Positions 1-11,496 of a stretch of DNA of 64,000 nucleotides are shown piece by piece. Position numbers and translations under genes: made by a program. Where the stretch lies: NCBI GenBank assembly GCA_963771175.1, contig CAVYSY010000046.1, forward strand, positions 96,001 to 160,000, written 5' to 3'. This DNA is from an uncultured delta proteobacterium. Lineage in GTDB: Bacteria; Myxococcota; Myxococcia; Myxococcales; Myxococcaceae. The notes below the pieces were generated by a model. It ran no database searches. It was not told the origin of the DNA and saw only the letters and a list, made by a program, of their open reading frames with translations. Each line of letters opens with the position of its first letter. Position 1 is the first letter of the stretch.

Positions 1-22
1 GCACGGGACTGACTGGGGGAGC

Positions 23-2057
23 TCACTTCCCCTCGAACTCCGCGGTGAAGACCAACCGCTGGTCTCCCAACAGCGCGAAGGTCTTCTCCCAGACGGCGCC
101 GTCCAAGGTGACGCGCAGGTGGTGCTCGCCCTCGAACATCGTCAGATCGGAGATCGGTGCCGTTCCCTTCTCGTGTCCGTCGAGCGAGATGTGGGCCCCC
201 GGGGAGCGTGGACCAGGACCACGCCCATGCCCAGGCGGATGCGGAACGTGGACGTGCCATCGTGGGTGATGTCGATCATCCGGGCCGTCCTCACCAGGCC
301 CCGCGCCGGATCGGTCAGCGTCAGCGTGTAGTGGCCGGGCGCGAGTGGAATCGTCAGGGGAGTACGGCCGAGTGCCCGGCCCTCGAGGGAGACGTCCACG
401 TCGGGGCTCACGAAGATCTCGACCATCGAGGGGGGCACGCTGGGCGCCGTCGGCGCCGCGATGGCGGCCTTCGGGGTGCTCACGCCGGCATCTTTCGGGG
501 CCTGGGGCTCCGCCGTGAGGAGCTCGGACGGGGCGAGTTGGGGCGTTTCCGCCATGGCCGCCTGATCGGGCTCCATGAGCGCGGGCTTCTCCCGGGTGCT
601 CCAGATGGCGCCAACCGCGCCCAGGATCAGCAGGGCCCCGATGGCGGTGGCGAGGAGTGCCGTCGGTCTCCGCCGCGGAGGGCGCACGGGCGCGGCGAGG
701 GTCTCGACCTTGACCGTCGGTGCGCTCGCGGGATCTGCCTCGGTCCCGGTCATGCCAGGAGCTGGGTCCTCGGACGTGGCCTGGAGGACGGGGGTGGGCT
801 CGGTGAGGGCCTCGGCCTGGAGGGTAGGGGAGGGCTCGGTGATGGGAGCCGCTTGGAGGGTGGGTGAGGGCTGGGTGGTGGCCTCGGCCTGGAGGGTGGG
901 CGCGGGCTCGGTGATGGGAGCCGGCTGGCGGGTGGGCGAGGCCTGGGTGATGGCCTGGAGGATGCGCGCGGGGTTGGTGATGGGCTCGGCCCGGAGGGGA
1001 GGGGCGGGCTGGGTGGTGGGTGCCGCCTGGACGCCGCGCGAGGGGTTGGTGACGGGCTCGGCCCGGAGGGGAGGCGCGGGGGTGGAAACGGATGGACGCG
1101 TGACGGGTGGGGCGGACGGATCCAGCTGGCGAGCCAGGTCCTCGAGACCCTTCGCCAGCAGCTTCTTTCGTGCGACCCGGGCCTCGGCGTCGGGGGGGAG
1201 CAGCTTGCCGAGGAGCTCGGCGAAGGCCACGGGAGTGGGCAACTCGCCGATGGCGGCCACCAGGGCGTCGCGGAAGGCGAGGGCGCTCGGGTAGCGCTGA
1301 TCGGCACGCTTCGCCGTGGCACGCCGGACCACGTCGTTGAGGGCGAGAGGGATCTCCGCCGGGAGGGGGGCAGCGGGCGGTTGAGGATGGCCTTGTCGGG
1401 CTCCAGCGAGTCCTGGAAGGGCTTGCGCCCCGAGAGGCACTCGTAGAGGAGCAGGCCGAGGAGGAACACGTCCGTCAGAGCGGAGGAGGCCGCCCGGCCG
1501 CCCATGAGCTGCTCGGGGGCGCTGTACAGGCGCTGGTTGCGCTTGCGGAGGATGTTGCGCTCGCGAGGGGCCACGCTCAGCGCGCCATAGCCCGTCACCT
1601 TGCACACGCCGCTGAACGAGACCATGACGGTCTCCGGGCGCAGATCGCCGTGCACGAGCGGTGTCCCGTCGTCACTGCCCGCCACATGGGCGTAGTGGAC
1701 TCCCGTGGCTACATCCGCGGCGACGAGCGCGGCGAAGGGGGGCGGCAGGCGCTGGCCCGCCTCCAACACCTGGCGAAGGGGCTCTCCGTCGGCGTACTCC
1801 GTCACCCGGGCGAGGCGGCCCTCCAGCGTCACCAGCCCAAGCACGCGGAGGATGTTGGGGTGCTCGAAGATGGAGGCGCGATCCGTCTCCTTCTGGAGCC
1901 GGGACACCAGGGTCGGATCCTGCGTCACCTCCAGCGGGGCCCACACCAGCACGACGGCTCGTGGTGGTGCACCGTCCTCGAGAGCCAGCGCGAGGATGGG
2001 GCGAGACCCTTCGCCGGGGACGAGGGGACCGAGTTGTTGATAGCGAAGCTGGCTCAT
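23..2057 (-). CDS. Membrane Ser/Thr kinase-like protein (probable pseudokinase) with Pro/Thr repeat linker, TM helix and C-terminal PEGA-like domains; 2 apparent frameshifts (~1365, ~200)
   Basis: ORF 750..2057 gives HPNILRV, HGDLRPETVMV, YSAPEQ, DVFLLG. Continues in the 142..1605 frame (VVRRATAKRADQRY, TM ALLATAIGALLILGAVGAIW, LEGRALGRTPL..PGHYTL). A third frame reads AHISLDGHEKGTAPI...FTAEFEGK to TGA at 25-23. Confidence 0.8.
780..1085 (-). repeat. Intragenic degenerate tandem repeat, 36-bp (12-aa) period with 72-bp higher-order units
   Basis: Units PITEPAPTLQAE / ATTQPSPTLQAA / PITEPSPTLQAE / ALTEPTPVLQAT, plus PAPPLRAEP(V/I)TNP twice. Confidence 0.75.
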
Positions 2058-2166
2058 CTGTGCCCTGTTTTACGGCCCTTCCCCCTCTCGCCGCCAGTCC
2101 CCTGCTGGCCCATGGGCTGGATCAGCATGGGGTTGACTCGCTCGGGGCGTTCGGAGTGGGGCGGAT

Positions 2167-2245
2167 GGCCGGCCTCCCGGGCGCGCTTTTCAAAAACCTG
2201 TCCGACTGTCGGACAGGTTTTTCGAGACCGAGCCCGGCGGGGCCT
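2167..2245 (+). repeat. Palindromic intergenic repeat, copy 1 (core 2192-2222)
   Basis: Core AAAAACCTGTCCGAC-T-GTCGGACAGGTTTTT is a perfect 15-bp inverted repeat. Flanks are shared with copies at ~11360 and ~49365. Confidence 0.9.
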
Positions 2246-4446
2246 ACCCTGGCGTGAACCAGAGCACCGACAGGGGGCGGGAGCGTCAGCGAGGCCGAGG
2301 CGTCCTGCCCGTCCCACCCCTGCGGATCCGTGTGGATGCGCCCCATGTTGCCGATGCCGGCGCCGCCGTAGTCCTGGGCATCCGTGTTGAGGATCTCCAG
2401 GTAGCTGCCGTGGCGGGGGAAGCCGACGCGGTAGCCCTCGCGGGGCACGGGGGACAGGTTGGCGATGCACACCACGTGACCGCCCGGCTGACGAGAGCGC
2501 CGCACGAAGGCGAGCACGTTGGCCGCCGCCGAGTCCGGCTGCAGCCATTGGAAGCCGAGCGGCTCCGAGTCCGCGTCGTACAGCGCCGGGTGGCTCCGGT
2601 AGAGCTTGTTGACGTCCGCCAGCATCGCCTGGATGCCCGCGTGGCCCGGCTCCTGGAGCAGGTGCCAGTCCAGGCTGCGGTCGTTGTTCCACTCCGCGGG
2701 CTGGCCGAACTCGCCGCCCATGAAGAGCAGCTTCTTGCCGGGGTGCGCCCACATCCACGCCAGCAGCGCCCGGAGGTTGGCGCGCTTCTGCCAGGCGTCC
2801 CCCGGCATCTTCCCGTACAGCGAGCCCTTGCCGTGCACCACCTCGTCGTGGGACAGCGGCAGCATGAAGTGCTCGTTGAAGGCGTACAGCAGGCCGAAGG
2901 TGAGCTGGTTGTGGTGGTGCTGCCGGTAGATCGGGTCCTTCGAGAAGTACGTCAGCGTGTCGTGCATCCAGCCCATGTTCCACTTGAAGTGGAAGCCCAG
3001 GCCGCCCTCGGAGGTGGGCTGGCTCACCTTGGGCCAGGCGGTGGACTCCTCGGCGATCATCACCGCGCCCGGGAAGCGGCGGCGCACGGTGTCGTTGAGC
3101 TCGCGCAGGAAGGAGATGGCCTCCTCGTTCTCGCGGCCGCCCCAGCGGTTGGGAATCCACTCGCCGTGCTTGCGGCTGTAGTCGAGGTAGAGCATCGAGG
3201 CCACCGCGTCCACGCGCAGGCCGTCGATGTGGTACTCGTCGAGCCAGAAGAGGGCGTTGGCGATGAGGAAGTTGCGCACCTCGTTGCGGCCGAAGTTGAA
3301 GACGTAGGTGCCCCAGTCCGGCTGCGTGCCCTGGCGGGGATCCGCGTGCTCGTAGAGGGCCGTGCCGTCGAACTGCCCCAGCGCGTGCGCGTCGCGCGGG
3401 AAGTGGCCGGGCACCCAGTCCAGGAGCACGCCGATGCCCTGCTCGTGCAGGTCGTTGACGAGGTAGCGGAAGTCATCCGGGTGTCCGAAGCGCGCGGTGG
3501 GCGCGTAGTAGTTGCCCACCTGGTAGCCCCAGGAGCCGCCGAAGGGGTGCTCGGAGACGGGCATCAGCTCCACGTGGGTGAAGCCCATGCGCTTCACGTA
3601 CTCTCCCAGCGCGCTCGCCATCTCGCGGTAGGTGAGAGGGCGATCCCCGTCCTCCAGCACACGCCGCCACGAGGCGAGGTGCACCTCGTAGACGGACCAC
3701 GGCTCATGGTCCACGTTCTTCGTGGCGCGCGCCGTCATCCACTTCTCGTCCGTCCACTGGAAGAGGTTCAGGTCATGCACCACCGAGGCCGTGGCCGGAG
3801 GCACCTCGGTGCGGAAGGCGAACGGGTCCGACTTGAGGAGGCGCGCACCGCCGTGTCCCGGGCGGATCTCGAACTTGTAGCGCGTGCCCTCGCCGGCCTC
3901 GGGGATGAAGATCTCCCAGATGCCCGAGGCGCCCATGCGCCGCATCGCGTGCAGCCGGCCGTCCCAGCTATTGAAGTCGCCCACCACGGAGACGCCCGCG
4001 GCCGTGGGTGCCCACACCGCGAAGGCCACGCCGCTGATGCCGTTGTGGTGGAGGGGGTGCGCCCCCATGCGCTTCCAGAGCTGCTCGTGCCGGCCCTCGC
4101 CCGCGAAGTACAGGTCCATCTCGCCCAGCGTGGGCAGGAAGCTGTACGGATCCCTCAGGGTGAACGTCTTGTTGCCCGGGTACTCCACCTCTATCAGGTA
4201 GTTGAAGGCCTCCGTCCTACCGCTGAGCCGGGCCTCGAAGACGCCCCCCAGCCGGTGCGTCATGGGGATGCGCCCGCCGAACTCCGGCAACACGTGGATG
4301 GAGATCGCGTCCGGGCGGTAGGCCCGCACCACCATCGCGTCCCCATCCGGGTGGATGCCCAGCACGCGGTGCGGCTCGGGGTGCCTCAGCTCCACCACCT
4401 GCTGCAGCTCCGCATCCACCTGCTGCCGATCCATCGGCTTCTTCAC
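2244..4446 (-). CDS. glgB: 1,4-alpha-glucan branching enzyme; one extra base near 2275 masks the true C-terminus LSVLWFTPG*
   Basis: FAVWAPTA, SWGYQV, DWVPGHFP, DGLRVDAVASMLY, AEESTAW, KWNMGWMHD, LSHDEVVHGKGS motifs. Confidence 0.97.
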
Positions 4447-5780
4447 TTGCGGACCTCCATCCTCGAGAGCGCCTGGACGGGGATGCGCACCCAGTCCGGC
4501 CGGTTCTGAAGCTCGTAACGTACTTCGTAGAGCATCTTCTCCAGCTCCAGGGCGTCAAGCATTACGTAGAAGGTCGCGTCATCCTGAGGGAGGAAGGAGG
4601 CCCCGCGCGTGGCGATCCGGTAGCCCTCCAGGAAGGCCTGGCGCGCTGGGGCCACGCGCTCGCCGGCGGCCTGGCCCTCGAGCTGCACCGTCGCCTCCGC
4701 GTAGTCGAAGGAACGCAACATTCCCGCCACATCTCGCAGCGGCGAGTATTTCTCCCGCCGCAGGGAGAAGCTGCGCCCCGGCTCGCCCTCGAAGTCGATG
4801 ATGAGCCAGTCCCCCTCCGCCCGGAGCACTTGTCCGAGGTGCAGATCTCCGTGAATCCGGATTTTCTGCCCCGAGGGAGACACGGACGCCAGCCGCTTCG
4901 CCTGCTCGATGAGCCCCTCGCGCCGGCTCTCCAGCTCGGGGAACTGGCGCGCGGCATCGTTGAGGGTGACGCCCAGCTCGCCCACCATGGAGGCGCTCCA
5001 GCGCTGGAGATCCTCCGTCTGGATGGGCTCCGGAACGAAGGCTGGCTCATCGGTGCTGGAGGCGAGCGCGCGGTGCAGCTCACCGAGCCGCTGGCCCAGC
5101 CCGCGCATCTCCCCGAGGAAGCCCTCCGTCAGCTGGAAGCCGCGGCGGAAGTGATCCAGCGAGTAGCGCCAGCCGTCGATGGCGTTGGGGACGAAGCGGT
5201 GCACCACCGCCAGGGTGGCGCCCGCGGGCCCCTCCGAGTTCAGCGCCCCCAGCAGGGTGGGGGTGGCCCGGAAGGACGTCTTCGTCGCCAGGAAGCGGCC
5301 CATTTCGTACTCGGGGTTGATGCCGGCCTCCAGCTTGCGGATGACCTTGAGGATGACCTTCTCGGCGATCACCACCGAGGTGTTGCTCTGCTCCACCTGC
5401 ATCCGCCGCACCGGCAGGGGGGAGGGCAGGGCCATCAGCCCCTCCGGGGTGTCCAGCCACTCGCCCACGAGCTTGCCCGAGGCACTCGGGATCTCGCGCT
5501 TCTCGCGAATGAGGCCGAAGGTGGCGCGCAGCGCCTCCTCGTCCTCGAAGGCGTCCTGGATGCCCTCGGCCGAGGAGAGCACGGGCAGCAGGTAGCGATC
5601 CGGGTGGCCCAGCTCGTAGAGAACCTCCACCACGGCGAGCATGAAGTTCCGCCCGCTGGGCATCTCCACGACGGCATGGTCCACCACCGATACCGACTTG
5701 ATGGGCCAGGCCTTGCCCGCGAACCAGCGCTGGTTGCGGAGGTAGTCCGGCAGCTTCGTCAGATCGATGGGCGTGGTCAC
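4443..5780 (-). CDS. mak: Maltokinase (Pep2/Mak family)
   Basis: GTG start at 5780 inside ORF 4443..7046. [55 protein letters not shown]. Lies between treS and glgB. Confidence 0.92.
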   Translation of the reverse strand: MTTPIDLTKLPDYLRNQRWFAGKAWPIKSVSVVDHAVVEMPSGRNFMLAVVEVLYELGHPDRYLLPVLSSAEGIQDAFEDEEALRATFGLIREKREIPSASGKLVGEWLDTPEGLMALPSPLPVRRMQVEQSNTSVVIAEKVILKVIRKLEAGINPEYEMGRFLATKTSFRATPTLLGALNSEGPAGATLAVVHRFVPNAIDGWRYSLDHFRRGFQLTEGFLGEMRGLGQRLGELHRALASSTDEPAFVPEPIQTEDLQRWSASMVGELGVTLNDAARQFPELESRREGLIEQAKRLASVSPSGQKIRIHGDLHLGQVLRAEGDWLIIDFEGEPGRSFSLRREKYSPLRDVAGMLRSFDYAEATVQLEGQAAGERVAPARQAFLEGYRIATRGASFLPQDDATFYVMLDALELEKMLYEVRYELQNRPDWVRIPVQALSRMEVRK

Positions 5781-7436
5781 GGCATTCCCCTCCCGGGAGC
5801 GAGCTTCTCGAGGCGGAACCACAGGAACATGTAGGGGCCCAGCGTGAGCTGGTACGGCATGCCGGAGATGCGAGGGAAGGGCGTCTCGCCGATCAGCTCC
5901 ACGGGCACCTGGCCCTCCCAGTCGCGCAGATCCAGCACCGCCGGTTGGGCGAAGCGCGAGAGGTTGCAGACGATGAGGATCGTCTGCCCCTCGTACTCGC
6001 GGGTGAAGGCGAGCACCTTGCGGTTGTCCGGGTTGAGCCAGCGCAGCCTGCCCATGGCGAAGGCGGGGTAGCGTTGGCGCAAGCGGAGCAGGCTCTTCAT
6101 CCAGTTGAGCAGCGAGGAGCGGACGCGGTCCTGGGCCTCCACGTTGATGCTCTGGTAGCCGTAGACGGGGTCCGCGATGATGGGGGCATACAGGCGCGCG
6201 CCATCCGCCCGGGAGAAGCCCGCGTTGCGGTCCGGCGTCCACTGCATGGGGGTGCGCACGCCGTTGCGATCGCCCAGGTAGATGTTGTCCCCCATGCCGA
6301 TCTCGTCCCCGTAGTAGAGGACGGGGGTGCCGGGCAGGGTGAAGAGCAGGCTGTGCATCAGCTCGATCCGCCGCCGGCCGTTGTCCATCAGCGGGGCCAG
6401 GCGGCGCCGGATGCCCACGTTGATGCGCATGCGCGGGTCCGTGGCGTACTCCCGGTACATGTAGTCCCGGTCCTCGTCCGTCACCATCTCCAGCGTCAGC
6501 TCGTCGTGGTTGCGCAGGAAGATGGCCCACTGGCAGTTGTCGGGGATCTCCGGCGTCTGCTGGAGGATTTCGACGATGGGCGTGCGGTCCTCGCGGCGCA
6601 CCGCCATGAAGAGGCGGGGCATGACGGGGAAGTGGAAGCCCATGTGGAACTCGTCGCCGTCGCCGAAGTAGACGCGCACGTCGGCGGGCCACTGGTTGGC
6701 CTCGGCCAGCAGCAGCTTGTCCGGGTACTCCGAGTCGATCGCCTTGCGCAGCCGCTTGAGGAAGGCGTGCGTCTCCGGGAGGTTCTCGCAGTTGGTGCCC
6801 TCGCGTTCGAAGAGGTAGGGCACGGCGTCGCAGCGGAAGCCGTCCACGCCCATGTTCAGCCAGAAGCGCATGACGTCCAGCATGTCTTCCTGCACTTCGG
6901 GGTTGTCGTAGTTGAGGTCCGGCTGGTGGCTGAAGAAGCGGTGCCAGAAGTACTGCTTGGCCACGGGATCCCACGTCCAGTTGGAGCGCTCGGTGTCCGT
7001 GAAGATGATGCGCGTGCCCTGGTATCTGTCGTCCGTGTCGCTCCACACGTAGAAGTCACGCTTGGGGCTCTTCGGATCCCTCCGCGCCTCCTGGAACCAG
7101 GGGTGCTGGTCGCTGGTGTGGTTGACCACCAGCTCGCTGAGGATGCGGATGTCGCGCTTGTGGGCCTCGTCGACCAGCCGCTGGAAGTCCTCGAGCGTCC
7201 CGTAGTCCGGGTGCACTGCGTAGTAGTCGGCGATGTCGTAGCCGTCGTCCTTCAGCGGCGAGGGGTAGAGGGGAAGAATCCACAGGCAGGTGATGCCCAG
7301 GTCCTGGAGGTAGGGGAGCTTCTCGATGAGCCCAGGGATGTCGCCGATGGCCATCCGCGTTCGAGTCATAGAACGCGCGGATGTGCAGCTCGTAGATGAC
7401 GGCCTTCTTGTACCAGAGCGGATCCGGCTGGGTCAT
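5777..7436 (-). CDS. treS: Trehalose synthase (maltose alpha-D-glucosyltransferase); frameshift near 7350
   Basis: [22 protein letters not shown] (7056..7436 frame) joins [49 protein letters not shown]. Confidence 0.95.
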
Positions 7437-7451
7437 AAGGGCGATGGAGTC

Positions 7452-9455
7452 TCATTCGTAGTAGTCGAACGCCTGCTCGCTGCGACGGAAGCGGTACACC
7501 GCCCAGATGGCGGCGGGCTGCTCGGGCGTGAGGCGCACGTGGGCGGTGGGTCCCTGCCACAGGCTGCGCGTCCCCCGTCATCAGCTCGTGCACCTGGTAC
7601 GTCTCGTCCGGCTGGATGCCGAGCTCGGCCAGGGGCACGTGCAGCATGGCTTCCTGGGCGTGGAAAGGATCGAGGCTCACCGCCACCAGCACCTGGCTGG
7701 AGCCGTCTCGGCGTGCGCTTCAGGTAGAACAGCACCTGGTCGTTCTCCGCCGGGTGGAAGCTCAGGTTGTCGTAGAGCTGGAAGGCGCGGTGCTCGCGGC
7801 GGACGGTGTTGAGCCGGGCGATGTAGTCGCGGATGTTGCCCGGCCGGTCCAGGTCCCACGCCTTGAGCTCGTACTTCTCCGAGTCGAGGTACTCCTCCTT
7901 GCCCGGCTTGACGGGAGTGCCCTCGCACAGCTCGTAGCCGCAGTACATGCCCCAGACGCTGGAGAGCGTGGCGGCCATGGCGGCGCGCAGCCGGAAGCCG
8001 CCCGGCCCGCTGCGCTGGAGGAACTCGGGGAGGATGTCCGGCGTGTTCGGCCAGAGGTTGCCGCGCATGTAGTCGGACACGGGCGGGTTGGTGATCTCCG
8101 TGAGGTACTCCTCCATCTCCTGCTTGAAGTTGCGCCAGGTGAAGTAGGTGTACGACTGCTGGAAGCCCAGCCTGGCCAGGGCCTTCATCACCTTGGGTCG
8201 GGTGAAGGCCTCCGCGAGGAAGACGACGTCCGGGCGGACGGCTGTGCACCTCGCGGATGAGCCAGGCCCAGAACTGCAGGGGTTTGGTGTGCGGGTTGTC
8301 CACGCGGAAGATGCGCACGCCCTGTTCCACCCAGTGCATCACCACCGACTTGAGCTCCGGCCACAGCGTGGCGCGCCCGGGGCCCATCCAGTCGAAGTTG
8401 ACGATGTCCTCGTAGCGCTTGGGCGGGTTCTCGGCCGTCTTGATGGTGCCGTCCGGCCGGTGGAGGAACCACTCCGGGTGCTCCTTCACGTAGGGGTGGT
8501 CCGGCGAGCACTGGTAGGCCAGGTCCAGGGCGATCTCCATTCCCATCGCGTTGGCCGCCCGGACGAAGCGCCGGAAGTCCTCCAGCGTGCCGAGCGCGGG
8601 ATTCAGCGCCTTGTGGCCACCCTCGGCGGCGCCGATGGCCCACGGGCTGCCCACGTCCTCCGGGCCCGCCGTGAGGCTGTTGTTCTTGCCCTTGCGCGCC
8701 GTGCGGCCGATGGGGTGGATGGGTGGCAGGTAGATGACGTCGAAGCCCATGGACTGCACGTATGGCAGCCACCGCTCGGCGTCCCGGAAGGTGCCGTGGG
8801 TGCGCCCGTCGCGCACCGCCGAGCGCGGGAAGAACTCGTACCAGGAGCCGTAGCTCGCCCTCTCCCGGTCCACGAAGACCTCGAGGACGCGGTCGTACCG
8901 GGTGGCGATGGTGCGGTCCGCGTACTTCGCGGCCACCAGCGCGAGGCCCGGATCCATGGCCGCGGCGATGGTCTGGTGGCTCATGCCCTGGCCGAAGGCC
9001 GCGGCGGCTTCCGAGAGCCGGCGGGCCTCCTCGGGGCCGCCGGCCTTCTGGGCGCGTTCGGCGTGGGCCTTGAGCAGCGCGGCGCCCTCCAGCAATTCGC
9101 TGCGCACGTCGCGACCCACGTCCACCTTGCGCTTGAGTTCCGACACCCAGGTGGCGAAGAGGTCCGGCCAGGCCTCCACCGTGTACTCGTAGCGACCGTT
9201 GCGCGTGAGCGGGAGGTCCGCCTCCCACAGGTCGTTGCCCCGCGCGACCATGGGCTCCTCGGCCCACTCCGTCGCCTGCTCCTGGGGCGCCGACTGCCTC
9301 CAGCGCACCACGGCCACCAGGACGTCGTGGCCCTCCTTGAAGATGTCGGCCTTGACCTTGAGGGTCTCTCCCTCGACGCGCTTCACGGCCCACCGGCCCG
9401 CGTCCAGTTGCGGCCGGACGTTCTCGATGACGGTGCTTCCGATTCGCTCGCTCAT
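7452..9455 (-). CDS. glgE: Alpha-1,4-glucan:maltose-1-phosphate maltosyltransferase; frameshifts near 8240, 7710, 7570
   Basis: MSERIGSTVIENVRP start, WYEFFPRS, YLPPIHPIG, GSPWAIG, AENPPKRYEDI, FRVDNPHTKP, GFQQSYTYFTWRN, NTPDILP, EEYLDSEKYE. Ends EQAFDYYE*. Confidence 0.95.
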
Positions 9456-9831
9456 AAATACCAGGCGGCCCCTTATAGGTCCCCGCGCCGCGGTGCCCCG
9501 GCGCTGTCTTTCACCGTGCGTTGATTCCGGACGCTCAGGGAGTCCGGCTCGTTGGCCCGAGAACGTTAGGGACGGCCTCGCGATGCGCCCACCGGACAGG
9601 CGGGGCTGCCAGGCCCCATGGGGAGGGGAGAGGCGACCGTCGTGGACGGCTCGGTGGGGACGGGGAGGCACGGAGGACGGCGACGAACCCACCGGGCGCG
9701 CGGAGCAGGGGAGCGCAGTGGGGCGGCCGAGGGACCGTCCGGGAGAAGGGTCGAGCGGGCTCGACGCCCGGGCCTGGTGAGGACCCGGTGGAGCCGCGCC
9801 TGAGAGGGGTCCGCGGAGCGCGGACCCGGGA

Positions 9832-10026
9832 CTACGACTGCTGCGACTTGTGCTTGTAGAAGAGGACGAGCGTGTAGCAGTGGAACTCGTTGTCGCTGGA
9901 CTGGGCGACCACCCGGTCGACGATCTCCAGGTCCGAGTTGCTGCGCAGCCACCGGGTCACGTTCTCACCCAGCTCCTCGCGCTCCTTGGCCTTCGTCGCG
10001 GAGAACACCTTCACGCCCGTGAACAT
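9832..10026 (-). CDS. Small (64 aa) hypothetical protein
   Basis: Clean ORF with high-GC3 codon bias, a purine-rich RBS-like stretch upstream and a globular-looking sequence (VKVFSAT...QSSDNEFHCYTLVLFY). Confidence 0.75.
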   Translation of the reverse strand: MFTGVKVFSATKAKEREELGENVTRWLRSNSDLEIVDRVVAQSSDNEFHCYTLVLFYKHKSQQS

Positions 10027-10234
10027 CGCCTTCCACTCCTTGCCGTGAGTTTTTTACCGTGTGTGTCAGGGAGGTTATCTCTCGCTGTTCACAGGTGTCA
10101 AAAAAGCTTACCTGCCTGGGACGGGGATTTTCGACCTGGGGGGACGTGCCTAGATTCCCCGAGTCGCTGGAAAGGCGCCCGAGGGAGGGGCCCTCGGGGT
10201 TCTCAGGGTTGGGGAAGGGCGAAGGGGGAAGGCC

Positions 10235-10512
10235 GTGGACGTGAAGACCAAGAAGGACCTGGCGGTGGACTTCATCAACGCGATCCGCACGATGGATCCC
10301 GGCCGCGCTCAACGCGCTCATCGTGAAGGAGGCAGGCGAGGATCTCGCCCAGTTCTTCCTCAACTACAGCGCCAACCTCATCTCCAAGGACCCTTCCCGG
10401 GTGCTGGAGAACACCTCGTCGCTGATGCTGATGGGCTACCTCATCCGCACCCACGAGGAGAAGAACACCCAGTCCCGGCAGACGGCTCCTCCAGGGCTAC
10501 GCGTCCGCCTGA
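10235..10512 (+). CDS. Small hypothetical helical protein, frameshifted (~10300, ~10480)
   Basis: KTKKDLAVDFINAIRTMD joins LIVKEAGEDLAQFFLNYSANLISKDPSRVLENTSSLMLMGYLIRTHEE, with strong codon bias. Probable end RLLQGYASA*. Confidence 0.6.
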
Positions 10513-10578
10513 TCCGGCGGAGGAGCGGTGCGCCGAGGCTCGACAGCTCCCACGGGAGCCTGTTAGGGAGCGGCGTCC

Positions 10579-11322
10579 ATGCTCATCGATCTGCACGCGC
10601 ATTCCTACCTCTCGAAGGGCTGCAACCTGGAGCCGCGCGCGGTCCTGGACCGGGCCGCGATGTTCGGTCTGGACGGCGTGGCCTTCACCGAGACCAACAC
10701 CCAGGACGGCTGCGACGAGCTGTTCGACATCGGCGCGAAGTCCAAGGTGAAGGTCTTCGTGGGCCTGGAGCTGGTCACGGACCGGGGTCAGTACCTGTGC
10801 TTCTTCCCGAAGCCGGAGCTGGCGCCCGAGCCGGTGCAGATGTGGGGCAGCAACCGGGAGAAGCCCTGGAGCGCCGCCGAGTGTCTGCCCAAGGTGCGCT
10901 CGCTGGGCGCGGCCATCGTGGCGGCCCGTCCCTACGACCGGGACACGCCCAACCCGGCGATGGACTACGTCCGCTCGCTGAGCGGCCTGCTGTGCGCGGT
11001 GGAGGGCTACAACGCCCGGGTGAAGCAGACGTCCAACGACCTGGCCGTGGAGGCCGCCGAGGCCCTCAAGCTGCCGTGCACCGGTGGCAGTGATGCCCGC
11101 GGCTCGCTGGACGAGGTGGGCTACGGCGCCACCTGCTTCAAGAAGCCCATCCAGACGCAGGAGCAGCTCGTGGCCGCGCTGCTGGCCGGGGACTACTTCC
11201 CGGTGATGGCCGGAGAGCTGCCGCGCCTCACGCGCCCGGGCGAGGCCCAGGCGGGCCGGGGCGGTGGCGGCAAGCGCCGGGGCGGTGGCGGCGGTGGTGG
11301 TGGCGGGCGCCGTCGTCGCTAG
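10579..11322 (+). CDS. PHP-domain metallo-phosphoesterase with Gly/Arg-rich tail
   Basis: IDLHAHS, AFTE, GLEL, EGYNA, GGSDAR pattern of the PHP family. Confidence 0.85.
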   Translation: MLIDLHAHSYLSKGCNLEPRAVLDRAAMFGLDGVAFTETNTQDGCDELFDIGAKSKVKVFVGLELVTDRGQYLCFFPKPELAPEPVQMWGSNREKPWSAAECLPKVRSLGAAIVAARPYDRDTPNPAMDYVRSLSGLLCAVEGYNARVKQTSNDLAVEAAEALKLPCTGGSDARGSLDEVGYGATCFKKPIQTQEQLVAALLAGDYFPVMAGELPRLTRPGEAQAGRGGGGKRRGGGGGGGGGRRRR

Positions 11323-11359
11323 GCAACTCCGAAGTCCATTCCTTCAAGGACACCGTGTG

Positions 11360-11446
11360 TGGCCGGCCTCCCGGCCTCGCTTTTCAAAAACCTGTCCGAC
11401 TGTCGGACAGGTTTTTCCAGACTGAGTCCGGAGGGCCCCCTGTGCT
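11360..11446 (+). repeat. Palindromic intergenic repeat, copy 2 (core 11386-11416), between convergent genes
   Basis: Same 31-bp core as copy 1, with shared flanks GGCCGGCCTCCCGG..CGCTTTTC and GAC.GAG.CCGG.GGG. Confidence 0.9.
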
Positions 11447-11496
11447 CGGGTGGGGGTTGGACTCCCGCGGAGCTTGTTCCGGTGCCGTGGGGGCGC

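Noticed and set aside
2122..2243. C-terminal extension of GlgB through the repeat (LEKPVRQSDRFLKS), and similar peptides in ORFs at 11319 and 49273
   Set aside because: These are translations of the non-coding repeat. One extra base near 2275 hides the real glgB stop at 2244-2246.
4443..7046. 867-aa TreS-maltokinase fusion
   Set aside because: The first ~420 aa is an off-frame reading of treS. TreS has its own stop at 5777 overlapping the maltokinase GTG at 5780.
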